A DNA stretch of 64,000 bases from Bacillota bacterium (GCA_963666425.2 OY762825.2:2432001-2496000), one strand, 5' to 3'; positions 31,384 to 41,546 are shown, numbered from the stretch's first letter. Notes: generated by a model from the sequence alone, not told the origin. Numbers and translations are program-made.

Positions 31384-32688
31384 ATGCCTTTTATGATTGC
31401 CATGTCGGTTTTGATTGGCTCACTTTTACTTTGTGTGATTTCCGGCAACAGCATTCTCTATGGTCTGACGGCCGGAGCCATTGCTTTTGTCTTCGCTGCG
31501 CTTGCTTTGGGCTACAAACCGGTCGCTGTGGGACGAATGATGTGGCGCGGGGTGCGTGATAGTTTTATCGTCATGAGTATTTTGCTGTTGATCGGCAGCA
31601 TGACCGGTGTCTGGCGTGCCTGCGGCACGATTCCTTTTTTGGTCTATTATGGCATTCATTTGATCGCGCCGCAAACTTTTATCCTGTTTTCCTTTCTGCT
31701 TTCGGTTGCCGTCTCCTATCTGATCGGCACCAGTATCGGAACCTGCGGGACAATCGGCATCGTGCTGATGGTTCTGGCCAATGCCGGGGGCGTCAATCCG
31801 GTGCTGACGGCCGGCGCGATTATTTCCGGTGTCTATTTTGGCGACCGCGCCAGTCCTGCTTCCAGTTGTGCCAATTTGGTCGCTTTTCTGACCGGAACGG
31901 AACTCTATGCCAACGTGAAACTCATGCTGCGTGATTGCTTAGGACCGATGTTGCTCACAACTGCCTTCTATGCCGTCCTCAGCTTCTTTTTCCCGCTCAA
32001 TGGCAGTGTGGAGCAGGTGACCGACTCTATTTTATCTGCCTTTCACCTATCCTTCTGGATGCTGCTGCCGGTAGCGGTGATTTTGCTGGCACCATTGTTC
32101 AAGATAAAAATCAAATATGCCATGGCGGTCAGTATCGCCATGGCTGTTGTGCTGGCGATGCTGCTGCAAGGGCAGACGTTGCTAGATCTGCTTAAAGTTT
32201 TGTTTTTTGGCTATACGGCTCCCGGCAATTCCACGGCAATTTTCAACGGCGGTGGCATGCTCAGTATGAAGAACGCGATTTTGATTATGGGTATTTCCGC
32301 TACTTTTTCCGGCATTCTCAAAGGTACGAACATGCTGGCCGATGTGCTTGCCAGACTGGATCAATTTGCCACTAAAATCGGTTTATTTCCCGTCATGGTC
32401 CTAACCAGTCTGCCGGTCTCCGCCATCGCCTGCAACCAAACACTTTCCTTACTATTGGAAGCTCAGTTAATGCGGCCGATTTACGAAAAACATCACATTG
32501 CGGCGAATCAGTTGATGCTGGATATGGCAGATTCCACAGTGACCATCGCAGGTTTGATTCCCTGGAATACGGCCTGTGCTATCCCTTTGAGCCTTTTGGG
32601 CGTGACAACGGCAGCCATCCCATGGGCGGTCTTTCTTTGGCTGCTGCCTGTATGGGGATTGCTGCGTAATTGGCGTCATGCCAATTGA
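31384..32688 (+). CDS. NhaC-family antiporter/permease
   Basis: GTS.GT.GT.G, GAIISG.YFGDR.SP.S, LIPW motifs; multi-TM. Confidence 0.85.
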   Translation: MPFMIAMSVLIGSLLLCVISGNSILYGLTAGAIAFVFAALALGYKPVAVGRMMWRGVRDSFIVMSILLLIGSMTGVWRACGTIPFLVYYGIHLIAPQTFILFSFLLSVAVSYLIGTSIGTCGTIGIVLMVLANAGGVNPVLTAGAIISGVYFGDRASPASSCANLVAFLTGTELYANVKLMLRDCLGPMLLTTAFYAVLSFFFPLNGSVEQVTDSILSAFHLSFWMLLPVAVILLAPLFKIKIKYAMAVSIAMAVVLAMLLQGQTLLDLLKVLFFGYTAPGNSTAIFNGGGMLSMKNAILIMGISATFSGILKGTNMLADVLARLDQFATKIGLFPVMVLTSLPVSAIACNQTLSLLLEAQLMRPIYEKHHIAANQLMLDMADSTVTIAGLIPWNTACAIPLSLLGVTTAAIPWAVFLWLLPVWGLLRNWRHAN

Positions 32689-32748
32689 AAAATCAAATCA
32701 GTTCGCCGCGTGCAGCGGTGATCAGCAACACGAAGGAGGATTTTTTCT

Positions 32749-33180
32749 ATGAAATATTTCGATCAGGCAAAACTGGGTCGGGCGATTGTTGTCAGATTGG
32801 AACCGGGTGAATTTGTCCTGGCTGGAATCCAGCAAGTAATCGAAGAAGCGGGAATCCACGATGGTTATATTGCCTCCGGTATCGCAACGTTTGACCGCTG
32901 CCGTCTGCATACGGCGGTCAACACTGAGCTGCCGCCTGAATTTGTTTATCCGGAATGGCTGGATGCACCGCTGGAAGTTTGTGCGATTCAAGGGGTAATT
33001 GCGGATGGCATACCGCATCTGCATGTAGTGGTTTCGGATGCAAACAAAGCGGTTGCCGGTCATTTAGAAGAAAGCCGCATTTTATTTGTTTGTGAAATTG
33101 TCATTCAGGAATTGCTGGGACAAACGCTGACGCGCCAGCCGATCAGTGAATTTGTCAGCCAACTCGTAGAAAAAGATTAA
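32749..33180 (+). CDS. PPC-domain (DUF296) protein
   Basis: VRL.PGE, HLH.VVS and AGHL motifs. Confidence 0.85.
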   Translation: MKYFDQAKLGRAIVVRLEPGEFVLAGIQQVIEEAGIHDGYIASGIATFDRCRLHTAVNTELPPEFVYPEWLDAPLEVCAIQGVIADGIPHLHVVVSDANKAVAGHLEESRILFVCEIVIQELLGQTLTRQPISEFVSQLVEKD

Positions 33181-33376
33181 TTGACTGCAGCTGCTTAAAA
33201 CCAATTGGATGCATCAAGGTTTTAAGCAGCTCTTTTCAAATTCAGCTGGATAAGATTATTACACGAATTCAGCCAAGAGAGTGAAATAGTCGGGTAATTC
33301 CTGGATGGACAGAAGGAATTTATCGCTCTATCTGGAATATTTATACTGTAATCAGCAAAAAAAAGGAGGAAAAAGT

Positions 33377-35275
33377 ATGAAGAGAAAATTGGTTGGAATA
33401 ATGTGTTTTGTTTTCCTTCTGACTCTGGCGGTTTCCGGATGGTGCATGGCAGCAACCGGGTTTACCGTCTATCAAAACAGTGCCAAAGTAATCGTGAATG
33501 GTAAAGTAACAAACTTTGAGGCCTATACCATCGATGGGTTCAACTATTTTAAATTAAGAGACATCGCCATGGTAGTGAATGGCACCGGTAAGCAATTTGA
33601 AGTAACTTATGATTCTGCCAAAAGGGCGATAAACTTAGTCTCCAATGCGGCCTATACGATTGCCGGCGGTGAATTAGCGCCGGGAGACGGTTCCGCCAAG
33701 CAGGCGTTTTTCAATTCAGCAATTATCTATAAAGACGGGAAAATCGCCTCCCTATCTGCTTTCACCATCGCGGGTTATAATTTTTTTAAGCTGAGAGATT
33801 TGACGAAAACCTTTAACATCGAAGTGAATTGGGATCAAGCCAGCAGCACCATCGGGATTGAGACCAGCCGGCCTTACGTCGATGCAGTGCAAACCGCTGT
33901 CTGGTATGCACCAAACTATCAGAATGACCTTGCCCGCATCATCAGTTCGTTTTCAGAAGGCTATTTTGTGGGACTGCGCAGTGCAAGCCTCCTCGAGTGG
34001 GAAAAGCAGTTGGTGACGATTTATGATGCCTCGATGAAACCGGTCGCCTACACCAATTACCGGGCGGAGGACGGCATGTTTGGTGCTGTGCATAACGGTC
34101 TGATCAATGTCACCAGCATGACGAAAACTGTCACAGTGGATGGGGAAGCCTATGCCGTAGCCGGTTATATCGACACGGCCGGTAACCTGATCATCCCCGA
34201 GAAATATTTCCAAACGACCAGCTTTAAAAACGGGGTTGCCATCGTGCATGAAATGCGGGGAACAACTGCTTATACCTTATTGATCAACACCAAAGATGAA
34301 ATCCTGATGCAAAAAAAAGGAGTCTATCTAGGTGAAATCGGCGGCAATGCAGTTTATTTTCAGGATAGCTATATAGACGCAAACGGAAATCCCTATACCG
34401 GTGAGATTGAAGGCTATTACGATTTTAGCGGCAATTATTCGCGCTACCCCATTTCTGATGATTCCGGTTACTGGGGTGAGGATGGTTATTGGGTAGAACG
34501 TCATGGCTACCATCCGTCCGAAGCAAGCGCCTTCAATGCGCAGTATGCAGGGCTTTATGAACATACCGAATATCTTGGCAATGGCTTTATCAAGGTATGG
34601 GAAAGCAATCCCAACTCTTACCCGGGTGTGGTTGATTTGAAGAATCGGGTGATTATCCCGATCAATGCTTATCAGACCATTGATGCGGTTGCCACCGAAA
34701 CCTCCATGTTTTTCATCGTCTCAGGCGATGCCGATCCCATTTATGATGCGTTGAGTGTGATTTCGCCCAGCGGTCAAAAAATCCTATCCCGCGTGCATCA
34801 AGTTTCTTTTGCCGGCGGGGAAGCGATCTATTATTTTCAGCACGATGCCTATGGCAACGGTACTTGGGGTCTGATCGAAACCAATGGCCATGAACTGGTT
34901 GCCAATAGCTACAATTTCCTGATGTATTTTGACCCCTACACCGGCGGATTGACCTCTTATTATGAATCCACCAATCCTGGCGCAGCCAGCGTCCTGCTTT
35001 ATACATCGGGAACGATGGATGAGCGGGCAGATACCAGCAAGATGAGCGAAAACCTCCTTGTAGCACAGGATTATTATCAGCAGCTCACCGAGCAGAATTT
35101 AGCCGCAGAGAATAGTTATTACTATAACGAACTGAATCGCTACATCCAAAGAGCAAACGCCCTTTTGAATATGGAGAAGCCAGCCTGGATTGATGTCAGT
35201 TTAACGGAGACTTGGCTTGGCTTAATCTGCGGCAGTGTCGCACCAATCCTCTACGGTTTTCCCAGCGGTGAGTAG
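33377..35275 (+). CDS. Secreted cell-surface protein with two copper-amine-oxidase-N-like domains and WG-like repeats
   Basis: Signal peptide; duplicated (Y/F)TI.G.N.FKLRD...EV.(Y/W)D module; FSEG, GYIDTAG..IIP and F.NG.A repeats. Confidence 0.6.
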   Translation: MKRKLVGIMCFVFLLTLAVSGWCMAATGFTVYQNSAKVIVNGKVTNFEAYTIDGFNYFKLRDIAMVVNGTGKQFEVTYDSAKRAINLVSNAAYTIAGGELAPGDGSAKQAFFNSAIIYKDGKIASLSAFTIAGYNFFKLRDLTKTFNIEVNWDQASSTIGIETSRPYVDAVQTAVWYAPNYQNDLARIISSFSEGYFVGLRSASLLEWEKQLVTIYDASMKPVAYTNYRAEDGMFGAVHNGLINVTSMTKTVTVDGEAYAVAGYIDTAGNLIIPEKYFQTTSFKNGVAIVHEMRGTTAYTLLINTKDEILMQKKGVYLGEIGGNAVYFQDSYIDANGNPYTGEIEGYYDFSGNYSRYPISDDSGYWGEDGYWVERHGYHPSEASAFNAQYAGLYEHTEYLGNGFIKVWESNPNSYPGVVDLKNRVIIPINAYQTIDAVATETSMFFIVSGDADPIYDALSVISPSGQKILSRVHQVSFAGGEAIYYFQHDAYGNGTWGLIETNGHELVANSYNFLMYFDPYTGGLTSYYESTNPGAASVLLYTSGTMDERADTSKMSENLLVAQDYYQQLTEQNLAAENSYYYNELNRYIQRANALLNMEKPAWIDVSLTETWLGLICGSVAPILYGFPSGE

Positions 35276-35300
35276 TTGCGAATCTTGATGAAAAAACCAA

Positions 35301-35333
35301 AAGAGAGGGTATCTGTCATGGATATCCTCTCTT
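35301..35333 (+). terminator. Probable terminator
   Basis: AAGAGAGGGTATC-N7-GATATCCTCTCTT. Confidence 0.6.
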
Positions 35334-35535
35334 AATTATTTTGATTCAGGCAGGATACACTTAAAAAAGTGAAGAATTATGTAAATTAGAGAATGCTTGC
35401 CGCAAAATCGCCCAAAAACAGAACGTGGGCGAACAAGTGAGCAAAATGACCTAAAAGCATGCTATCGCCAGCTGGAATAATTCGACTGAAGGCGTTGTTA
35501 AGCTGCGATAGAAAAAGGAGGACAGACCTATCACG

Positions 35536-36822
35536 ATGCAAAATCAAGAGTTTAACCTGACACAATATCAAAAAAAATCTCTGAACGCACTGGAAATTGC
35601 TTTAAATACGGTTCCTGTCTATGCGTCTTGGCGAACTGCTGATCCCGGAGCCGGAACCGCACCGGAACAAAGATATGCCGCGCTGCCAGAACTGACCAAG
35701 CAGACAATGAGAGAAAATTTTCCGAATGGCCTGGTGCCCAATCACTTACAGGTGGAGGAGGCACTGGCGCGGGATGAAATAGAATATACCTTTACCAGCG
35801 GCAGTACCGGTGAGAAAGTGATCAACCTTTGGAACCAGCAATGGTGGAATGCTTCGGAGGCGGCGTCTTGGCGCTTGAATGCCCATACCGCTCAGCTAAC
35901 CTATCCTCAGAAGCAAGCCAAGCTTGCCAGTGCCTTGAATATTGGTATTCACTGCGAAGAAGATTTACCGATGGATCACCGAATTTTAGGAAATACCTTA
36001 TATCTCAACGAGAAGATTAACGTGATCGCCTGGCAGCCACGTCATCTGGAACGCATGGCGAGAGAGTTGGCGCTCTTTCAGCCGGTCATTCTGGAAGCCA
36101 ATCCTTCCTTGCTGGCACGTTTGGCTTGGTGGGCGATGGATCACGGCCAAAAACTCTTTTCACCAGCCGCTATTCTCTTCACCTATGAATTTCCTTCCCA
36201 AATTCATCTGGCGGCCATTCGCAAAGTATTTTCCTCGCCTCTGATCAGCTCTTACGGCAGCACGGAAACCGGTTTTGTGCTGATGCAGGGAGAAGACGGT
36301 TTGTTCCGTCAAAACACGGAGTTCTGCCGGATCGACTTTTATCCGCTGGCGGCTCGGCATGGCGGTCCGCAGCTGGGCCGGATTTTGGTCACTACCTTTG
36401 GCAATCCTTGGGCGGCGATTGTGCGCTTTGATATGGGTGATCTGATCCGCTTGCAGCCAAAGAACGATCACAGTGAAGGATATCTGGTCCAGGCCGTGGA
36501 AGGCCGCCTTGCCAATGCCACTTTTACGACGAGCGGTGATTTGGTGACCACCCTGGCGCTCGACCGGCAATTGGCCGGTATTCCGGAAATTCGTGATTAT
36601 CATTTGGAACAGCAGACCGAGAGAAAATACGAAGTACAGTTGGTTTTGACAGACCAAAGTGAGACCGTCCTCGAGCGGATCCGGCAAGTGCTGGCTGCAC
36701 TTTATGGCGCGGACGGTGAATTTATTCTCACAGCAGTGGCGAATCTTTGGCCCGGACCGGCGGGGAAATACCGCCGCACGCAAACGAACTTTGACTTTGA
36801 TGCAAAAGGGATGTTTTTATGA
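35536..36822 (+). CDS. Phenylacetate-CoA-ligase-like adenylate-forming enzyme
   Basis: LP.LTK..MR, TSGSTG P-loop, YGSTETG, G.ILVT, RFDMGD, VEGR, GKYR. Confidence 0.75.
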   Translation: MQNQEFNLTQYQKKSLNALEIALNTVPVYASWRTADPGAGTAPEQRYAALPELTKQTMRENFPNGLVPNHLQVEEALARDEIEYTFTSGSTGEKVINLWNQQWWNASEAASWRLNAHTAQLTYPQKQAKLASALNIGIHCEEDLPMDHRILGNTLYLNEKINVIAWQPRHLERMARELALFQPVILEANPSLLARLAWWAMDHGQKLFSPAAILFTYEFPSQIHLAAIRKVFSSPLISSYGSTETGFVLMQGEDGLFRQNTEFCRIDFYPLAARHGGPQLGRILVTTFGNPWAAIVRFDMGDLIRLQPKNDHSEGYLVQAVEGRLANATFTTSGDLVTTLALDRQLAGIPEIRDYHLEQQTERKYEVQLVLTDQSETVLERIRQVLAALYGADGEFILTAVANLWPGPAGKYRRTQTNFDFDAKGMFL

Positions 36823-37502
36823 GTACAATCAAACCGATTTATTTATTTGCCGGCGGCCGGTCGCGTGACCCGCAGGCCATGCTCACTGCCATCGCGTCCG
36901 TTTTAGCAGAATGCGGCACCGTCAAACCACAGATTGCTTATCTTGGTGCAGCCAATGGCGATCATTTGCTTTTTTTTCAATCCATCAAAAGCATGCTGCA
37001 GGAGGCAGGCGCGGGTGAAGTCTTATTAGTGAAATTGGCCCGGAAAAAAATCGATTTAGCAGCCACAAAACAGGCGTTGGAAAAAGCGGATGCCATTTTT
37101 ATCTCGGGCGGAGAAGTGGAAGACGGCATGCGTTGGCTGCAGCAGCATCAATTGATTGATTTTCTAGCTCTGCTGCGTCAGCGCGGTAAGTTATTTTTCG
37201 GTATGTCAGCAGGCAGCATTATGATGGGGTCTGCCTGGGTTCGCTGGCAAGATCCCGGGGATGACAGCACGGCGGCGTTATTCGATTGCCTCGGGTTTGC
37301 GCCGACTGTCTTTGACACCCATGCCGAAGACGAGGACTGGATCGAACTGAAGAAAGTATTACAGCTGCAAGGAGAGGGTGCCTGTGGTTACGGCATTCCC
37401 AGCGGCAGTCTGCTGCGTGTGGATGCAGCGGGTGAAATGACAACTTATGGTAAACCTTTACTCTGCTACGTAAATTTAGCTGGACAGGTGCAAAGAAAAT
37501 AA
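36819..37502 (+). CDS. Peptidase S51-family (dipeptidase E/cyanophycinase-like) protein
   Basis: ADAIFISGG, GMSAGS nucleophile elbow, DTH; overlaps upstream stop codon (ATGA). Confidence 0.75.
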   Translation: MSTIKPIYLFAGGRSRDPQAMLTAIASVLAECGTVKPQIAYLGAANGDHLLFFQSIKSMLQEAGAGEVLLVKLARKKIDLAATKQALEKADAIFISGGEVEDGMRWLQQHQLIDFLALLRQRGKLFFGMSAGSIMMGSAWVRWQDPGDDSTAALFDCLGFAPTVFDTHAEDEDWIELKKVLQLQGEGACGYGIPSGSLLRVDAAGEMTTYGKPLLCYVNLAGQVQRK

Positions 37503-37526
37503 AAAGATCTTTGGCGAAGCGAGGAT

Positions 37527-37560
37527 TCTTCACGAAATCTTCATATGCTTTCGCTATAAT
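37527..37560 (+). promoter_or_regulatory. Activator-dependent promoter with OmpR-type direct repeat
   Basis: TCTTCA-N5-TCTTCA (37527-37543) lies over the -35 region; TATAAT at 37555-37560. Confidence 0.5.
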
Positions 37561-37655
37561 CGGCACAGAATAAAGTTTAGGTTCCAGGCAGAGCGGTAAT
37601 TACCGACTGATGGGAACGAATGAAGAGCTTTATCCAGCCGAAAGGGGAAGCAACC

Positions 37656-37832
37656 ATGATCATACCTTTACTGATTTTAGCTTATCTCTTCTACTTAGGT
37701 TCAAAGGACCATCAGAGCACAAAAAGCGGCAAGCGCAATCCGATCAATCCAATTGAAACTCTGCAGTTAAGATACATCAACGGAGAAATTGACGAAGAAA
37801 CCTTTACAAGATTATCGGAATTGTGCAAATAA
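37656..37832 (+). CDS. Small membrane protein with SHOCT domain
   Basis: TM helix plus L.LRY.NGEIDEE.F. Confidence 0.7.
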   Translation: MIIPLLILAYLFYLGSKDHQSTKSGKRNPINPIETLQLRYINGEIDEETFTRLSELCK

Positions 37833-37844
37833 GGAGTGAATAAA

Positions 37845-38108
37845 ATGATGTTTTTCAGAGAAAGCAATGAAATCGGCCGCTGTCTCGCATTCGGTTCCAG
37901 ATCCTTTATGGGTGGCTGGATGATGCTGATCATGGCAGCAGTCGTGCTGCTCGTGATTTTTACCATCCTGCATTTCACCAGAAAGAAAGGCAAGAACCAG
38001 AACCAAACCAGTCAGGACGTTTTGGATTTATTGAAATTGAAACTGGTCAAAGGCGAGATCAGTGAAGAAGAGTACCTGAGCAAGAAGAATTTTCTCAATC
38101 TCGAATAA
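37845..38108 (+). CDS. Small membrane protein with SHOCT domain
   Basis: TM helix plus LK.KL.KGEISEEEY..KK..L. Confidence 0.8.
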   Translation: MMFFRESNEIGRCLAFGSRSFMGGWMMLIMAAVVLLVIFTILHFTRKKGKNQNQTSQDVLDLLKLKLVKGEISEEEYLSKKNFLNLE

Positions 38109-38123
38109 AGTAAGTCAATAGCA

Positions 38124-38165
38124 AACAACAGAACCTTCGGCGCACCAACCGATGGTTCTGTTGTT
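38124..38165 (+). terminator. Probable terminator
   Basis: AACAACAGAACC...GGTTCTGTTGTT. Confidence 0.6.
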
Positions 38166-38289
38166 CTATCGGAAGAAAGCAAAGATTTGACTGCAAGGAA
38201 ACGATGACAACAGGACAACTCTGTGGTAAAATAGCCCTGTTAATCAATACTTTGAAAGACTGGATTTTAAGCGAAGAAGGAGGATCTTC

Positions 38290-38841
38290 ATGAACAGTGC
38301 ATTGCTATGCGTTGATCTCCAAAATGATTATTTTCCGGGCGGTAGGGCAGAACTCGTGCAGCCGGAATTGGCTGCGCAGCAGGCTAAGCTTGCTATAGAC
38401 TTCTTTAGGGCAAAGCAGTGGCCCGTTTTTCATGTGCGTCACATCAATAACAATATCAATGCAGCTTTCTTTGCTTCTGCCGGACCCGGTTCGGAGATTT
38501 ATCAGCTCGTTGCACCGCTAGCTGCGGAAGCGGTCATTGTCAAACACAAGCCGAACAGTTTTTATGAAACTGATTTGGCAGAGCGTTTGCGTGCCGGTGG
38601 GATCGACAGTCTGATCATCTGCGGTATGATGAGCCATATGTGCATCGATTCTACGGTCCGCGCAGCCAGAGAATTGGGTTTCAGCGTGACCGTTTTACAG
38701 GATGCCTGCGCCACCCGGAATTTAACTTGGCAGGGTGAAGCAATCTCCGCCGCTGTGGTGCATGCTGTGTTTATGGCTGCTCTACAGGGCTCCTTTGCCC
38801 GCGTGATTCAGACACAGGAGTTGTTTAGTTTGCTAAGCTAA
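38290..38841 (+). CDS. Isochorismatase-family cysteine hydrolase
   Basis: ALL.VD.QNDYF, K..PNSF, GMMSHMCIDST (Asp-Lys-Cys triad). Confidence 0.88.
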   Translation: MNSALLCVDLQNDYFPGGRAELVQPELAAQQAKLAIDFFRAKQWPVFHVRHINNNINAAFFASAGPGSEIYQLVAPLAAEAVIVKHKPNSFYETDLAERLRAGGIDSLIICGMMSHMCIDSTVRAARELGFSVTVLQDACATRNLTWQGEAISAAVVHAVFMAALQGSFARVIQTQELFSLLS

Positions 38842-38994
38842 AGGCGTCAGCATAATTGCCAGGATTGCAAGCGAATTTTGCTATGGTATTTCACCTGAAA
38901 AGCAAAGAACTGTTCAAACCGGACAGATTCCTTGCTTTTTTGATTTTTCGGCTTGCTTTTTTGTCTGAATTAAGGCTTTGTCAGCACTTCTTGT

Positions 38995-39040
38995 CAGCTG
39001 TATATACAGCTGTTGACATTGTTTCGAACTTCGCTATAAT
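38995..39040 (+). promoter_or_regulatory. NiaR operator and sigmaA promoter
   Basis: Perfect palindrome CAGCTGTATATACAGCTG abuts TTGACA (39013-39018); TATAAT at 39035-39040; upstream of niaR-nadA-nadC. Confidence 0.75.
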
Positions 39041-39072
39041 GCAAATAGAAAACAAACCGGGGGAGTGAGAAG

Positions 39073-39609
39073 ATGGATGCAAACAGCCGAAGGAAAAAAA
39101 TCATCGAGGTCATCAGCCATGCGGACAAACCGATCACCGGCAGCGAACTGGCTTCACTGCTCGGTGTGACGAGACAGATCGTCGTGCAGGATATCGCTTT
39201 GCTCAAAGCAGGCGGTCTGCCTTTGCTCTCCACCGTTGCGGGTTATATCTATTTAAGTAATGCTGCTAAAAACCGCAGTCTGAAGGTATTCACCTGTTAT
39301 CATAAAACACTGCCGGAAGCAGAGGTGGAACTGAAGATCATCGTGCAGCAGGGCGGCATGGTGCGGGATGTGATTGTGGATCATCCGATCTACGGAGAAA
39401 TTACCGGCAGTCTGATGCTGGGTTCTCTGCCGGCTGTTGAGTCCTGGTTGCAAAGAGTCCGCGCCAGCCGTTCGATGATGCTCACTACCATCACCGATGG
39501 CATTCATATGCATACCGTAGAAGCGCCAGACGAAGAAACGCTGAATCGAATTGAATCAGCCTTGCGCAGCGCTGGTCTGCTTTATGAAAAAACGGAAGAA
39601 ACGAAATAG
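39073..39609 (+). CDS. niaR: Niacin-responsive repressor (HTH + 3H domain)
   Basis: ELA..LGVTRQ.VVQDIALL, V.H..YG, T.G.H.HT; precedes nad genes. Confidence 0.88.
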   Translation: MDANSRRKKIIEVISHADKPITGSELASLLGVTRQIVVQDIALLKAGGLPLLSTVAGYIYLSNAAKNRSLKVFTCYHKTLPEAEVELKIIVQQGGMVRDVIVDHPIYGEITGSLMLGSLPAVESWLQRVRASRSMMLTTITDGIHMHTVEAPDEETLNRIESALRSAGLLYEKTEETK

Positions 39610-39628
39610 AAAGAAGAGGAAAACAGCT

Positions 39629-40540
39629 TTGTCGAATACTGAACTGATCAAGAAAATCGAGAAACTAAAAAAAGAACGCCATGCCGTGATTTTGGCACAC
39701 CTCTATCAGCCGGCAGAAATTCAGGATATAGCCGATTTTGTGGGTGATTCTCTGGAACTGAGCCGAATGGCCAAAGCAACCACAGCGGAAGTCATCGTTT
39801 TCTGTGGCGTTACCTTTATGGCGGAGACCGCAAAAATCTTAAGCCCTGAGCGTACGGTGCTTTTACCGGATGTAACCGCCGGCTGCCCCATGGCAGACAG
39901 TATTACCGCACAGGAAATTCTGCGGCTGAAAGAGCAATATCCAGAGGCGGCAGTTGTCTGCTATGTCAATTCTTCCATTGAGGTCAAGGCGGTCAGCGAT
40001 ATCTGCTGTACCTCCGCCAATGCCGTGAAAATCGTACAATCATTAACGGAACAGCAAGTGATCTTTGTGCCGGACCAAAACCTTGGCCGCTATATTGCTA
40101 CCTTCTGCCCGGAAAAGCAGATTATTTTAGCCAAAGGTTTCTGTCCGACGCACCATTTTATCACCGTGCAGCAGGTGAACGAGACCAAAAAACAGCATCC
40201 GGCAGCCTTGCTGCTGGTGCATCCGGAATGCCCTTTGGAAATCTCTCGGATGTCCGATCTCACCGGCAGCACGGCTCAGATTATCGATTTTGCCGCGCAC
40301 TCCCCGACGCAGGAATTTATCATCGCGACCGAAGAGGGTATTTTACATCAGCTTCAGCTGGCTTGCCCCGGCAAACAGTTTTACCCGGCCGCTCCGCGTC
40401 TGATTTGTGCCAATATGAAAAAAACGACACTGGCGAATCTGGCGGCTGCTTTAGAGGAATTAAAGTATGTTGTGCAAGTGGATGAAAATGTCAGACAAAA
40501 AGCGGCGCTGAGCCTGGAACGCATGCTGGCGCTTTCCTAA
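39629..40540 (+). CDS. nadA: Quinolinate synthase
   Basis: ILAH.YQ, GDSL, FCGV.FMAE, GCPMA, YVNS, HPEC, C.NMK; probable TTG start at 39629. Confidence 0.93.
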   Translation: MSNTELIKKIEKLKKERHAVILAHLYQPAEIQDIADFVGDSLELSRMAKATTAEVIVFCGVTFMAETAKILSPERTVLLPDVTAGCPMADSITAQEILRLKEQYPEAAVVCYVNSSIEVKAVSDICCTSANAVKIVQSLTEQQVIFVPDQNLGRYIATFCPEKQIILAKGFCPTHHFITVQQVNETKKQHPAALLLVHPECPLEISRMSDLTGSTAQIIDFAAHSPTQEFIIATEEGILHQLQLACPGKQFYPAAPRLICANMKKTTLANLAAALEELKYVVQVDENVRQKAALSLERMLALS

Positions 40541-40605
40541 CTGTTTTGGAAATTTGGCGACCAAGCGATAGTCAAAAAATAATTCGGACGAAGGAGGAGA
40601 TTGTG

Positions 40606-41448
40606 ATGCAAAATTCCCGGCAATTGGATGAATTATTATATCTGGCTTTAGAGGAAGATATCGGTCACGGTGATATCACGACGAATGCGACCGTTGCTCC
40701 TGAGCGGTGGGCACAGGGAAATTTTATCGCTAAGGCAGAGGGAATTGTCTGCGGTTTGCTCGTCATGCAGCGGGTGTTTTTCTTGTTGGATCCGCAGATT
40801 CAATGTTCACTCTGCGTAAAAGAAGGAGATCCGATCAGCAAAGGTACGATCTTAGCAACAGTCAGCGGACCGGCTCGCAGTATCTTGAGCGGAGAACGGG
40901 TCGCTTTGAATTTTCTGCAGCATCTGTCCGGGATCGCGACACAAACACGCGCTGCCGTTCTGCAAGTGCAGGGAACGAAAACCAAAATCGTGGATACCCG
41001 CAAAACTACGCCGGGGCTGCGTTTGGTGGAAAAGTACGCGGTGCGGGTAGGCGGTGCCATGAATCATCGTTATAATCTGGCGGACGGTGTCTTGATCAAA
41101 GACAATCATATCGCCGCAGCAGGAGGAATCACGCCGGCAATCGCCAGTGTGCGCCAGCAAGTGCCGCACATTATGAAAATAGAAATTGAAGTGGAGAATA
41201 TGCTGCAATTGGCGGAAGCGCTGCAGGGCGGTGCTGATGTGATTCTTTTGGATAATATGAGTACGGCAGAAATGGCAGAAGCGGTGCAGATCATCGCCGG
41301 CCGAGCCTTGACGGAAGCATCCGGCAATATGGGAGAGAAGGATCTGCGGGAAATTGCGGCAACCGGGGTGGATTTCATTTCCATCGGGGCCTTAACCCAT
41401 ACGGTCAAAGCCTTGGATATTAGTTTACGCTTCGTGAACGAAGCATAG
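40606..41448 (+). CDS. nadC: Quinolinate phosphoribosyltransferase
   Basis: ED.G.GDITT, ER.ALN, DTRKTTPG, HR.NL, IKDNH, LLDNM, EASG. Confidence 0.95.
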   Translation: MQNSRQLDELLYLALEEDIGHGDITTNATVAPERWAQGNFIAKAEGIVCGLLVMQRVFFLLDPQIQCSLCVKEGDPISKGTILATVSGPARSILSGERVALNFLQHLSGIATQTRAAVLQVQGTKTKIVDTRKTTPGLRLVEKYAVRVGGAMNHRYNLADGVLIKDNHIAAAGGITPAIASVRQQVPHIMKIEIEVENMLQLAEALQGGADVILLDNMSTAEMAEAVQIIAGRALTEASGNMGEKDLREIAATGVDFISIGALTHTVKALDISLRFVNEA

Positions 41449-41503
41449 CAAAACAACACAGTGCCTGAAGTAAAAAATCACTTCAGGCACTGTGTTGTTT
41501 TTT
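41449..41503. terminator. Bidirectional terminator
   Basis: Perfect AAAACAACACAGTGCCTGAAGT/ACTTCAGGCACTGTGTTGTTTT repeat between convergent genes. Confidence 0.85.
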
Positions 41504-41546
41504 AGAGTCATTTGATCCACATCGAAGTGGATTGGCTTGGCAAATA

